Origin: Octopus vulgaris | Taxonomy: Eukaryota | Length of the DNA: 64,000 nucleotides | NCBI GenBank assembly: GCA_951406725.2 | Contig: OX597815.1 | Span: 206,522,001 to 206,586,000, forward strand | Direction: 5' to 3' | In this document: in pieces, positions 38,640 to 50,632 of the stretch | How the letters are laid out: each line of letters starts with the position of its first letter | Numbering within the stretch: position 1 is the first letter of the stretch | Notes under the pieces: generated by a model | Databases searched by the model: none | Told to the model about the DNA's origin: nothing | Seen by the model: only the letters and a program-made list of their open reading frames with translations | Made by a program: the position numbers and the translations under genes

Positions 38640-40830
38640 GGCTGCTCTCTGGCGGATGGCTTCTTAGCTTTGCACTGTGCGTCATAGTGTTCGTTTGGTG
38701 CTTTATGTTTTGTTGGATTGTTTTGTGGGAGTTGTGTGTTGAGGGTTGTTTTGTGCAGTTTTTGAGTATAACGCTATCATTGTTTGGTGGGCGTTACTGA
38801 CTAACGAAAAAATGAAGAGCTACGCGGCAGCAACGGGGAGTCAGGCTCCTGTCATCCCGAACATGCTGGAACAAAAGGAAATATGTTACGATTCAGAAAT
38901 GCTTCAGAAATTTAAGAAATATAAAGATATTGTAAAGAGAGAGGAGTCAAGCGTAAAGTTGGCCCCATCAGAGGAAGACTAGGAGAAGATAGAAAACAAA
39001 GTGATGGGGGTACAGATCTTTTTCAAAGAAAAATTAGAGATTTCAGAACTCGACGGAGGAGAAAGTGGAAGAATGCCTAAAAGATTTAAAAGAAAATATA
39101 ACGTTTTTCACAAGAGGAAAAGGATACGCTTCAGTGGCAGTCACATTTGTCTCAGAAGAGATGGCAAAAAACGCACCACTAAGGTAATAAGGGGAGAAAA
39201 CGGATACTTCAGCCCAACGGCCAGGTTAAACGAGCGACTAGGATTAGGTTGGGCGGGATCCCACCGAGAATCGAACCAGAGAAGATATTAGCGGCAATCT
39301 TCACCGCAAATGAGGAAGAAGATAACGAAAAAGCGAGGGTAATTATGATAAAGCAGACCCAACAAGTAAATTGTGGTGGTATGGTTTAGAGAAAATGTTT
39401 ATGACGAGTCAGAAACAATACCTGAAACATTGGAGCCGCTAAATGAAGACAAATTGGATGTAATGCTGGAGGAGAGACCTCCAAAGTGCTATGAGTGTGG
39501 TGAAAAGGGGCACATTAGAAGGTTCCCCAGAATAGTGATGGAAAATGAAGAGGTAGAAACGCAAGAAAGCGTGATGGAGGTGGAGAGGCAGACCTAGGAA
39601 GTGGAAGAGCAAACAGAGTTTGTGGAGGTTAAGTCGAGGAAGAGAGAAGAGTTCACCGCCAAAAATGGAACAGAAGAAATATAAAGTACATGAACAAGTG
39701 AGCCAACCAATAGCAAGTAGAAGCAGTACGTCCGTGGGATCATCGAGAAAAATTGATGCAAGTAGAACAACATCAAGCAAACATACAAGCTTACATGAAG
39801 GCGGCGAGCTGGCAGAAACGTTAGCACGCCAGGCGAAATGCTTAGTGGTAGTTCATCTGCCGCTACGTTCTGAGTTCAAATTCCGCCGAGGTTGACTTTG
39901 CCTTTCATCCTTTCAGGGTCGATCAAATAAGTACCTATTTCTTTATTACCCACAAGGGGCTAAACATAGAGGGGACAAACAAGGACAGATATGTATTAAG
40001 TCAATTACATCGACCCCAGTGCGTAACTGGTACTTAATTTATCGACCCCGAAAGGATGAAAGGTAAAGTCGACCTCGGCGGAATTTGAACTCACAGTGCG
40101 CTAATGTTTGTGCCAGCTCACCGTCGATTAAATAAGTACCAGTTACATATTGGGGTTGATGTAATCGACTTAATCCGTTTGCCTGTCCTTGTTTATCCCC
40201 TCTATGTTTAGCCCCTTGTGGGAAATAAAGAAATAAACATACAGGCTTACAATCACACAAGCATACTAGCTCTTAGACAACACAGTCACACGGACACAAA
40301 GAAACTTAGACAGACGCATGATAACAGTAAAAAAACCCAAAAAGAACAGACTTACAGACACAGGAAGTACATAGAAACAAATTTTTGATAGCATATCGGA
40401 CGACCCAAAAAATTGGAAAGGAGAATAAAGGAAATGAAAGATTGTTAGAGTGAACCTCTCGGAGGATTACGATAAGGAGATGAGATGTGTCCTGATGGAG
40501 AAAGAAAAGTACAGAATGCTGAAGGAGGCTTTCCCATCAGATATAGACGCACTGGGGCCCGAGGTAAATGTCGAACCCGGCGCTCCATTGGTGAACTATG
40601 AGGACATTAAAACCAACATAAATGGAAAGTGGAGAATAAGTTTAAAAGAACTGTTAAAGAATCTTGAAATAATTGAAATAACGTAACCTTCCTGGAGCGG
40701 GATCGGGTCGGCCGTTCCATCTTTATTTGTAAATTTAATTTTTCCATATGGTATGTGTCCTCGCATGTGTGTATTGTCCTGTCTATGTTTAGCCCCTTGC
40801 GGGTAATTAAAAATCAGCTCTCTGGCGGAT
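38640..40830 (+). mobile_element. Decayed retroelement ORF1/gag-like sequence with zinc knuckle, interrupted by SINEs
   Basis: Purine-rich broken ORFs beginning MKSYAAATG and containing PPKCYECGEKGHIRR (CX2CX4H knuckle). No RT motifs seen; boundaries approximate. Confidence 0.55.
39797..40234 (+). mobile_element. SINE family C with a second family C copy nested in antisense (about 39935-40122)
   Basis: Outer TSD aaacatacaagcttaca / aaacatacaggcttaca; inner TSD tcgatcaaataagtacc / tcgattaaataagtacc. Confidence 0.85.
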
Positions 40831-42817
40831 ACAAGAGTGCCGGGCGAAATGCCTTTCAGCATTTGGTTACATCGTGGGTATAAATTCTCTTGAGACTGAA
40901 CGTGCTTGTAAGCGCTCTAAATGTGAATGGTGATGAAATATTTATCACTAGTATTAGTTTCAATTCAATCGACCATCTACTCATGTAATGGCCTTTATGT
41001 TTAAAGGAGAGGTTTTGTAAATGTTCTTTTTGGTAATATATCAACTATGAAAAAAATGTTTGGAGATGTAACTATCTCCTTAGTATGACAACTACACTTT
41101 AAAACAAACTAATAACGGATTTTCATTGATGCAGACAAACAGACGAAAGCATGAAGTTTTTCTTGGTGCGACGCAAAAAAGAATCTAATGCTTAATCTGA
41201 TGTAGGATGAAACCTACTTTTGGTTTATCATTAAGTAGTCAGAGGACTGATGCAGACAAATTCTGTCAGAAGTTTCCAAATACAAATTCTCCGGGAAATT
41301 TGTTGCAACCCGTCTTGTATAGAAACATTAATTCAGAACCGAGCGAATCATAACCAATCCTGTATTTTCTTTTGCAATGGTTTTGCTCAGATGTGTAGCA
41401 TTCACTAACAGACAGTAGTATACACTACTTCAGGATTGCGAAGGCTACACCGAGCCAAGGTCCTGTATTTTTAGAGGAGATGAAACTGAATTAGCCATGT
41501 AAGTAAAATAGCTTACTGAAGTAAAGTGGCTTAATGTTAGACTCGAAATCGAATCTCGGTGATCGCGACTTCAGTTTTAAAAATGTAACAAACAGATCAC
41601 GTAAGTCTCCATCTTAGCTCATCTAATCAGTTTTCTTGGTTAAAACTGACAAAATCAAATTTTTTCTCCACTATTGCAAACAAACATTCTTTTACTCAAA
41701 CTTGAATATTCTCTTCTACATTACATCTTTGAACAATGTGTGTTTCAAACTTCAAAAATAAAAATTTATTTCAAAAATACAGATTTTGTGAAAATAATCT
41801 TAACCAACAAATATCCTCTGTATTTTACTTTGTGCAAAGATACACAAAGTCTTTCATCCCTGAAATTAATTATTCAAAAGTGAATTCTACTTTAGTTTAT
41901 AAAAGGCGAAAAAGCGACTAACTAATGCATTTGGTCAAATACATTTGAAATGGGGTTTCAGCTCAAATATTTCAAGTGTTTGAAATATCTGTACGTAAGT
42001 GTTGTGAACGAAGAGATATTGTTTGAATTTTCGCTTTCTAGATATCGATAACCTTCAAACATTTATAGGGGGAACTAGAAGCAAGCTGAGATTTGATGTT
42101 TTTAACTATAAAAGTATGAATAAATGACCTGTGTTTGTGTATGTATGTGTGTGTGTTTGTACACCTATGCATACATACACGTATGAACACGCAGTTAAAG
42201 CTTGGAATTATTCATGATGAAAATCAACCTATGCCAATAGGGATTTGGAGATTTTCTACATAACCCATATTTTCCCGTTAATCTCTGCAATGGATAGAAC
42301 TTTACTTCGTGATACGTAAACCTTGATCAAAGTGTAGTTTTACTGATAGACCGGCAACTAATAGCAAAATGTAACACTCTAAACCAATTGTCCAACAGTC
42401 TTGTAAAACAACTCAAAACATCTTCCCTCAGAAAACTAGTTTAGTATATAGTGTTGGTAGCTTTGTAACTACCAGGCTGGTACGAAAACTCGGTATTTTT
42501 CTAAAGAAAGAAAACCAACTAAGACACTTATGTAAACAAAACATTTATAACAAATTTTATATCTATATAAATATGGTCTATGCAATACCTTCAAGCAGAA
42601 TGTAGATATATAAAAATACAGTGATTTCTACTGTTTGTTTAGTTAAGGAAAAATCATTTTTTTCCTCTACAATATTTTTCAAGAAATAGATAAAATGGCA
42701 AACTAAAAGTCCAAATTTCAGAAAAATAAATATCAACTGAAGTACCTAATAGAGATTTTCTAGGAACTGTGTCTTTTTTTTTAAGAACAAATTCAAAGTA
42801 ACAAAGTTATGTATAAG

Positions 42818-43082
42818 TTAAGATTTATACCATTTACTTATGGTATCTAAATCAGGATAACGCCGTCGAAGACTCGAAATCAACCATCTAACTTTATTGA
42901 AACAGTCATTAAAAGCAGATGGACTGTAATGTTCATTTGGTAAGATGAATCCAGAAACTTCCTTCGAATTGGAAATGCTCTGTAGCCATAGGCATATGCT
43001 CAATAATGATGGTTTTATCTGTGACAATTGGTAATCTTGGAGAGAAAGTTCTAGTACCAAGCGGCATGTAGCTAAGGAATTT
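42818..43082 (-). CDS. CCNO: Cyclin O-like, coding exon 5 (last)
   Basis: Acceptor ttttcttttcAG, phase 2 matching exon 4. NSLATCRLVLELSLQDYQLSQIKPSLLSICL...WYKS*; ELSLxDY..PSLL resembles the Cyclin O second cyclin fold. Confidence 0.85.
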
Positions 43083-43434
43083 CTGAAAAGAAAAACAAAA
43101 GATAAATAGTGTATCTAAATTCTACTAAGTTCTCAATCAATGTGTTAGATAAGCAATAGGTAGTTTAGGTTTTATGCAAGGCTGCATTGTCAAGTCTATA
43201 AATTAAACGGTACGAAAACGAATAAACTAAACACAATACCGATAGTTTATTTTTCAAAGGTAATCGATGTAACGGAAAAACGAATAAACGTTCTATTCAA
43301 TGAGCGAATGGTTTAATCTAAACTAAATAACGTGGCTTCATTTTGTATTTTTGGTAACTAATGTTCGGTTAGATTATGTAGTTACAAAAAGGCACTGAAA
43401 AAACTAAAGAACCCACAAAAAAGCCCCTACTTAC

Positions 43435-43640
43435 TTTAAAGCTTCTATACAACTCAAATCAGCATTCCGAATACAAACATCAGCATAATATTCCAGAAAG
43501 TATAGTGAAGTTGGATGGGAAAGGTTAAAAGAAATAGCTTTCAAAATGAAGCGTTCAAATTTTTTCAATAATATGCGATAATTTTTCTTCACATTAATTT
43601 CCTCAAGTAGTTCATCGATACCTGGCGGGATTACTTCTTC
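43435..43640 (-). CDS. CCNO: Cyclin O-like, coding exon 4
   Basis: AG/GTAAGT boundaries; EEVIPPGIDELL...FERFILKAISFNLSHPTSLYFLEYY (cyclin box C-terminal helices). Confidence 0.9.
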
Positions 43641-44729
43641 CTAAAAGTAGATAGAGACAGACACACAATATATACATAACATGTACAGATCAAATTTCTC
43701 GGTTTTGCTGCAACGATATTTGCTATTTATTTATTAAAAAGCCGTTCTCAATTAGTCAAACTAACCTACTATTAAGGTTCAAAGATCTGCTGCTTTGAAA
43801 ATTGAAGTTTCCTTAAAGAAACCACATTTATCTAAAATATTTTATAGTAACTGTGAGAGTAAATCTAATATTAATCGTTATTGAAGCGTATCAATAAGCC
43901 ATGCGTATCAACAATACCATCGAAAATACATAAATTCACAATTACTGGTTTCTTAATACCAATAAACTTAATTTTAATTCTGAAACACATGTAAACAACT
44001 TAACTTACTATAGCATAGTATAGTGAGTTACATTTAGAATGCTATAAATTGTCTAAAATTGCAGTAACAAAATAACAGATGTTTTGGTTACATTATGAAA
44101 GTCATTACGCATGCACTTGTTTTAGAATGGTAAAACATAAAACAACAATTTTATACTGTTTATTCAATTTGTGTTGCGGTGTGAGAAATTACTGCATTTA
44201 ACTAAAACCACAAAAACGAGTCAGATTGGAATGTTCTATCCCAGAACTTCTCCCCACAAGAAAATACATATAAAATGTGTATCAGTTCATGAAATAAGCA
44301 TAATTCAATGAATAACGAGTTTTATCTAAGAATATAATACAACATTACTTAGAATATACATTTACGACATGGAGATAAAAGTATGCATGTTGCTGAAAAG
44401 TATACTATTTAATGCGATATTTCGTTGAGAATACCAGATTAGTTGTGAACTTTTCAATGAGGAGATCAGTGTAAATGAAGCAGTTTCATCGTATCTGGTT
44501 ATCAGTTGATTATTTTCTGTTTAGGAATTTGTAACCGACTGTTTTCATTTCGCTAAAGACTAACAAAATGTCTGCCACGAATACTTTTTAAATTGGTAGA
44601 AGCATTTGCTTAATCGAATAAAAGTTTGAAAAGATCCATCAGAACTTCAAGTGCTGAGCGAGACAGGATTGTCATGATATCGATCGTCGTTACTACTCAA
44701 ATCAACAAGTAGAAAATTAGAAGACTTAC

Positions 44730-44915
44730 GTATTTTGAAGCTATCAATAAAGATGCAAGTGCAAGCATCTGCAGACTTTCTGTATGTACGTCCACAAGAG
44801 AAAAAAAGCGGTCAATTATGTTGACAGTTTTGAAAAGAGTCTCTTGACACAAATAGAGTCTGTGGTGAACATCTGTGATCCATTTAACTAATGCAAGGCG
44901 CAGAACTTCATTCAT
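44730..44915 (-). CDS. CCNO: Cyclin O-like, coding exon 3 (cyclin box)
   Basis: ttttcccAG/GTAAGT, phase 0; MNEVLRLALVKWITDVHHRLYLCQETLFKTVNIIDRFF...LQMLALASLLIASKY. Confidence 0.92.
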
Positions 44916-45607
44916 CTGGGAAAAGTAGAAATTTGACAAAAACAACGAAGAAATAATGACGCAGGTTTCAACATATTTCAAATGTTTATTTTATTATTTA
45001 AATGACACAAAGAAAACAAATATCGAGAGAGACTATCAACAGCAGAGTGCATTTTATGTGTCTATCCATAAAGTATTAATGCAAAAAGTAGTTCTGACAA
45101 AATAAAAAATAACAATAATGCCACCAAAACCACTAACAAAGACTTGTAAACTTGATATCGATTTCATTGTGAAATCTCTGAGAGAAGGAAGACCGGTGAT
45201 TATGTCCACCTTTCAGAATCCCCGAGACTGATGTGATGAAGGGACAGAGTTATCCTCGGATAGGAGGTCGAATGAAGCTTGCAATAGTCTGTAGTCCGTT
45301 AAAAGAACGCCAAAAACTGATGATGTTATAGAAAACGACGTCTCTCCCACCTAAGAACATTCTGGCTGACTCCCACAGTTCCCATCCAACAAGTTCCGCG
45401 GTAAAGGATTTTGACGACCCGAACTTATAATAGAAGATACTTGGTTGAAATGAAACTCGGTGGGATCGAAACCGAATCCATATAATTGTGAAGTAAACAA
45501 ACATGATCATGCCAGTATCAATTACAACCTTAGTTTGAATTACAGCAGCTTCTTTAGCGACACTTCATATATCTCCGCACTAAAAGAGTATTATACTGAG
45601 TAACAAA

Positions 45608-46505
45608 CTCTTTTGCATTTTACTTGTTTCAGTCATTAAAATGCGGTCACGCCAGGGCACCACCTTGAAAACTTTTAGTCGAACGAATTGATCACAGTAC
45701 TTTTTTTGAAAGCCGAGTACTTCTATCAGTTTCTTTCGCCGAGCCGCTAAGTTACGGAGACGTAAACAAACCAACAGGTTGTCAAGCGTTGGTGGGAAGC
45801 AGACATGTAAACACATCTATATATATAAAACTCTAGTTGTGTGAGTGTCTGTCCCCTTCGATTTAGATTCCTAACTCCTCCCACATTTTGCGGTGCAGTT
45901 TAACCAAATTCGGGTATCTTATAGTCGTGATTAATATCGAGCCCGTCTGGCTATTAGCGCGCGTCTACGATGAGTCTACGATTTTAAAAATAATTTAACA
46001 TTTTTTATTCCATTTTAATGCATAATTTTTCGTGTGTCGATGGCGGCGGAGTTGGCGTCCACGCTCAAACACCTGCACCTGTGTTTGCTTCTCTCCCTTC
46101 TTCCCTCCCTCGTGAAGCTGTGGGGAAGGGAGTGTAAGAAAATCAACGTCGTAAAACGTTGTCAAGGAGACCAGCGTTCTTTTAGAACAACGACTTCATG
46201 GCTTGAAGACACCAAAACAGAAATGGCTAAGAAAGCCCGAATTGGCATCTATAAGGGAAGTAACTCTCTAAAAATGCTTATATAGTTATTTCCCTTACAA
46301 ACCCGAGCAACGCCGGGCGATACTGCTAGTTATATATAAACACACACGACGCGCTTTTTTCAGTTTCCGTCGACGAAATCCATTGACAAGGCTTTGGACG
46401 GCTCGAGGTTACAGTAGAAAACACTTGTCCAAAGTGCCACGCAGTATACTTAACCCGGAACCCTGTGGTTGGGAGGCAAGTTTCCTACCACGCAGCTAGG
46501 ACTGC
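45608..46505 (-). mobile_element. SINE family B split by a Helitron insertion
   Basis: SINE 3' part at 45608-45815 and 5' part at 46330-46505. Confidence 0.75.
45816..46329 (+). mobile_element. Non-autonomous Helitron
   Basis: A|TC...CTAG|T ends, hairpin cccgagcaacgccggg; same ends as 1734-2127 with a different middle. Confidence 0.82.
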
Positions 46506-46670
46506 ACATATCTGGAAAGCTTAATTTCTTTTTTTAATGTGAACCATCAGATTGTAAATAATGTTTATACTTACGATGGTGAGTGCAATGCACTAAGCTA
46601 CGCGCCTCTGTTGTATAAGTACACATCGTAGCTATATGTGTACACAATCTCAACAGTGTTGGATCAATCG

Positions 46671-46766
46671 GGTACTAGTAGCGTAGACTGGACCCGGTTT
46701 GCGCAAACGCGCAGACACGCGTCCACGCGTGTGCGCAAACCGGGTCCAGTCTACGCTACTAGTACC
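46671..46766. mobile_element. 96-bp MITE with perfect 35-bp TIRs and 9-bp TSD (Mutator-like)
   Basis: TIR ggtactagtagcgtagactggacccggtttgcgca; TSD gatcaatcg at 46662-46670 and 46767-46775. Confidence 0.88.
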
Positions 46767-47021
46767 GATCAATCGAAAGTAGTGGGGAAAGGTGACTATT
46801 GCTAAGTGACAATATACCGGATATCATACAAAATTATTATGGATTACTACAGAAGACTTACCAAGGAAGCATATGCGGATTTCAAGATTCTCATACTAAA
46901 GTGTACTTACCAAAATCAAAAACAGTAATTGTTTTATATTTTAAACGAATACCATTTTCTCATATTACTTCATATTTTTAAAAAACTACCATTCAATAAA
47001 TTATACAAACTTCACATTTTA

Positions 47022-47113
47022 TATCTCTGAAGAGCAGAAGTATTGTCTATAAATGTTTATCAATATAGGATTCCATTATAGAGACAATACTCTTGCGAAA
47101 CGATTGTAAGATG
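47022..47113 (+). ncRNA. Type I hammerhead ribozyme, canonical core
   Basis: Stem I tatct/agatg; CUGAAGA (47027-47033); long stem II gcagaagtattgtc/gacaatactcttgc; GAAA (47097-47100); mini stem III AC-gauu-GU; cleavage triplet GUA. Confidence 0.75.
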
Positions 47114-47338
47114 CTTTAAAAACTTAATTTTAAACTATTAAATTTTAAACTGTCATATTATTATTATATATTTATACTTATACATATTTACATATATTTA
47201 TATTTTTAATACAATAATTATTCTACTCATGTATATATCTCCCTGAAGAATTTTTGATATTTTCCTGATATTATTTCATTGATAGGCTTATAAGTAAAAG
47301 CTATTGAAAATACAGCGCTAGTGGTTAGAAGAAATTAC

Positions 47339-47710
47339 CTGAGTTTGATGTTGAAGGCAACGGATAGGTAGATGAACTTCTTCAATTGATAGTTTGTAAC
47401 AAAATGTATCGTCTCTGTACGTATCTATTTCACCGAGGTCAAAGTAAGTCTCTTGGGAACACAAACGCATCAGTCTTTTGGAACATCGAAGTGTTTTAGA
47501 TGGTTCAGTCTGTGTTTGACGCACAGGTGTAGCACATGGCTCAGGTTCTGAATAAACAGGTTTTGAAGCGAACTCTGAAATCAAGTTCGCATGGAAAATG
47601 TGAACGTTCTTATAATCAGGATAATGTCGGATTATTTTGCGATTTACATCAACTGAATTTTCTTTTGACTCACGAACAGTCGAAGGCGAGCGTGTGTTGC
47701 ATCTTTTACT
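47339..47710 (-). CDS. CCNO: Cyclin O-like, coding exon 2
   Basis: ttttcattttAG / GTAATT boundaries; 124 open codons, phase 0 at both ends, SKRCNTRSP...KENSVD...HLPIRCLQHQTQ. Confidence 0.8.
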
Positions 47711-47953
47711 CTAAAATGAAAAAAATATTCAAGAATTTAATTAAAATTGATTGATTGTCCTGCTTGTTAGACAAGAATTAGATTTACGCGTTTTGTAACT
47801 GTTTAAGTTATTAAAACGGTGATATTTTCTATACACAACACGTATTTCAAATAAAGTGCATTGTATTTTTGTTAAGACCACGCTGAACTTATTCGATCAT
47901 GAGTACTTATCCAAGTATCACTAAAAGAATTGTTCTTGAATAGATAATAACAG

Positions 47954-48196
47954 GGTACTACTTGAGAAAAGTGATCCCGGTGCGCGCACTCGCATATCCG
48001 CGCTGGCTAGTCGTGACTAGTCGAACCAACAACGACTACCTAGCAAAGTAAATAAAACACGGAATAAATAATTTTTTTTACACAAAGTAAATAAAACACA
48101 AAAACACAAAGTAAGGATCGACTAGTCACGACTAGCTATCGCGGAAGCGCGAGTACGCGAGTGCGCGCACCGGGACGACTCTTCTTAAGTAGTACC
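47954..48196. mobile_element. MITE with TIRs of about 70 bp, GGTACTA ends and a 9-bp near-TSD (Mutator-like)
   Basis: ggtactactt.agaa.agt..tcccggtgcgcgcactcgc...ctagtcgtgactagtcga is mirrored at the right end; flanks taataacag / caataacag. Confidence 0.82.
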
Positions 48197-48385
48197 CAAT
48201 AACAGTATTACTTTAGTTAAAGTAAATTTATTCAGCATAACTGTTTTTGAAAATGATTTAATTAAAAGATTATCCTGTTATAAATGAGTACAAACAGTTC
48301 AATAAGTAAATTAGTACACCAGAAACAAATTTAGTCGTTCATCGCGAATTTGGTATCAAACATTCTGAATTAAGGAAATACATTT

Positions 48386-48458
<73 letters not shown>

Positions 48459-48504
48459 AAATTCGGCAGCTATTTAGCAATGTATCACCAAAAGGGAAAA
48501 CTAT

Positions 48505-48790
48505 AATTGTCATTAAATATGACAAGGTGTTAGAACACCTGCAATGCTAGAAATAAGAGCTAAAGTGCCCTGATGCGTCAGTCAACGCACACAATTGTAG
48601 ACATACATACATACTGACAGCGACTGAAAACGTCGATAGTCCAGGATTATCACGACTGTCATTTTCGGCCGTCAGTATGTATGTATGTATGCATACAACT
48701 GTGTGCGTTGACTGCAGCATCAGAGCACTTTAGCTCTTATTTCTAGCAATGTAGGTGTTTTAACAGCTTCCTTCATACTTAATGACAATT
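48505..48790. repeat. Fold-back insert between (TA)n tracts (arms of about 120 bp) in cyclin intron 1
   Basis: aattgtcattaa...gctagaaataagagctaaagtgc...agtcaacgcacaca...catactgac is mirrored. Confidence 0.88.
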
Positions 48791-49001
48791 TTACATATAT
48801 ATATATATTTATATATATATAAAACAGAGAGAAAAGTGGGGCACAATGAATAAAATTTACAGCACTTCTGAGAAAATTTTTTCCCTCACAAATGTTCCCT
48901 TTCTTACAAAAACTATATCAGCTAAGCAAATCACCTCTAAATGCATTAACCCTATTTCAGAAAACTATCTCCGTTCTCAGCATATAAAAAGACAAATTTG
49001 A

Positions 49002-49399
49002 CTGGGGCAAAATAAGACAAGGGTAAATTTGCCTCTTCAGTTCTTCCAGAATTACATTTGAGAAAAGGTACATACACATCAATATCCAGCGGAGGTAAAT
49101 AATACGTTCACCACCCTAACCCCAAACACCGGGTGTGCGTATTCTTTACTCTCGCCTCAATATCCCTACTTAAACATTAAAAGTATCAGAAATGCAACAA
49201 TGCGTCTTAGTCAAATTGAAAGAGGATCATGGAAAAATGGCACTAGATATGAAATCAACGAAACTCGACTAAATCTAAAACCTCAACGAAAATATTCTTT
49301 ATAGTTTCATGATCTGTTGAAGTGGCTTTCTTCCTGATGCATTTAAGCACCATACAGTTAAAAAGAAATTGAAATTTGTCATTACTCATTTTGCCCCAG
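49002..49399. mobile_element. Possible MITE with 12-bp TIRs
   Basis: ctggggcaaaat ... attttgccccag; no clear TSD. Confidence 0.4.
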
Positions 49400-49955
49400 A
49401 TCGAAGAACTTTGTGAAAATTAAAAATGATCGAAGTAAATTGTGTGGAAAACAATTTAAAATCCAGAGGAAAGAATATGGGTTGTTAAATGTTAAAAACT
49501 ATCCATATATTTTATTAGTAACCTCAATTACAATCGGGTCGAAGAGAAATTTCTTGAAAAATTAAAAATACCTGTCACCTAACTATGTTTCGAACTCTCA
49601 ACAACTATGCTAACCAATTTGTATTCCCAAAGATGATGTAATACTTGCAATATGTAGTTTTAAACATGTAGGGAGAAAAACGAGAAATAAATTATTTTGG
49701 TCCAGTTACCAATTTCTCCCTCACATTATATATATAGCTGCTTGTAACCTTAAGTACATTGCGAGAAGAAAATTATAAATGAATTCTACCTTATATGCCA
49801 AAACTGTGAGGGTTTCTTCAAATAATATTTCCGATTTTCCCTCCTCAAAAAAATGTCAAATTTAATCGGTTACACATTTGTTGATGCACATCAAATCTTA
49901 TTGAAGAATAAACCCCAACCAAAAAAAAAAAAAATAAAAAGAAAAAATAATAAAC

Positions 49956-50107
49956 TGGCTGTGTGGTAAGTAGCTTGCTAACCAACCACATGGTTGCTGG
50001 TTCAGTCCCACTGCGTGGCATCTTGGACAAGTGTCTTCTGCTATAGCCCCGGGCCGACCAATGCCTTGTGAGTGGATTTGGTAGACGGAAACTAAAAGAA
50101 GCCTGTC

Positions 50108-50148
<41 letters not shown>

Positions 50149-50360
50149 TGTGCGTGTGTTTGTGTGTCAGTGTTTGTCCCCCCTAGCATTGCTTGACAAC
50201 CGATGCTGGTGTGTTTATGTCCCTGTTACTTAGCGGTTCGGCAAAAGAGACCGATAGAATAAGTACTGGGCTTACAAATAATAAGTCGCGGGGTCGATTT
50301 GCTCGACTAAAGGCGGTGCTCCAGCATGGCCGCAGTCAAATGACTGAAACAAGTAAAAAA
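49956..50360 (+). mobile_element. SINE family B
   Basis: Near-identical to 28086-28480. Confidence 0.9.
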
Positions 50361-50581
50361 AAAAATTTAAAAAAACGCATAAAAACCCACAAATATGGAA
50401 ATATCCACAAAATTACTTTAACTATCTATCATTAAATACAATTTCAATGTTTCCAATAACATGCTTGAAAGAAATACAATATAAATTAATTATTATATCT
50501 TAATCTAAAGAAATACAATATTGTCAAGAAGATAAATTATGTCCCTCAAACGCACAACAAATAAACGATATTGTAAAATAC

Positions 50582-50632
50582 CTGACAGGTCTCTTCTTCT
50601 GTTAATTTATCTCGCTTTCGTTTGTTGCCCAT
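50582..50632 (-). CDS. CCNO: Cyclin O-like, probable first coding exon
   Basis: ATG at 50632 with an in-frame upstream stop; MGNKRKRDKLTEEETCQ then GT donor (CAG|gtattt); phase 0 joins exon 2. Confidence 0.65.
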
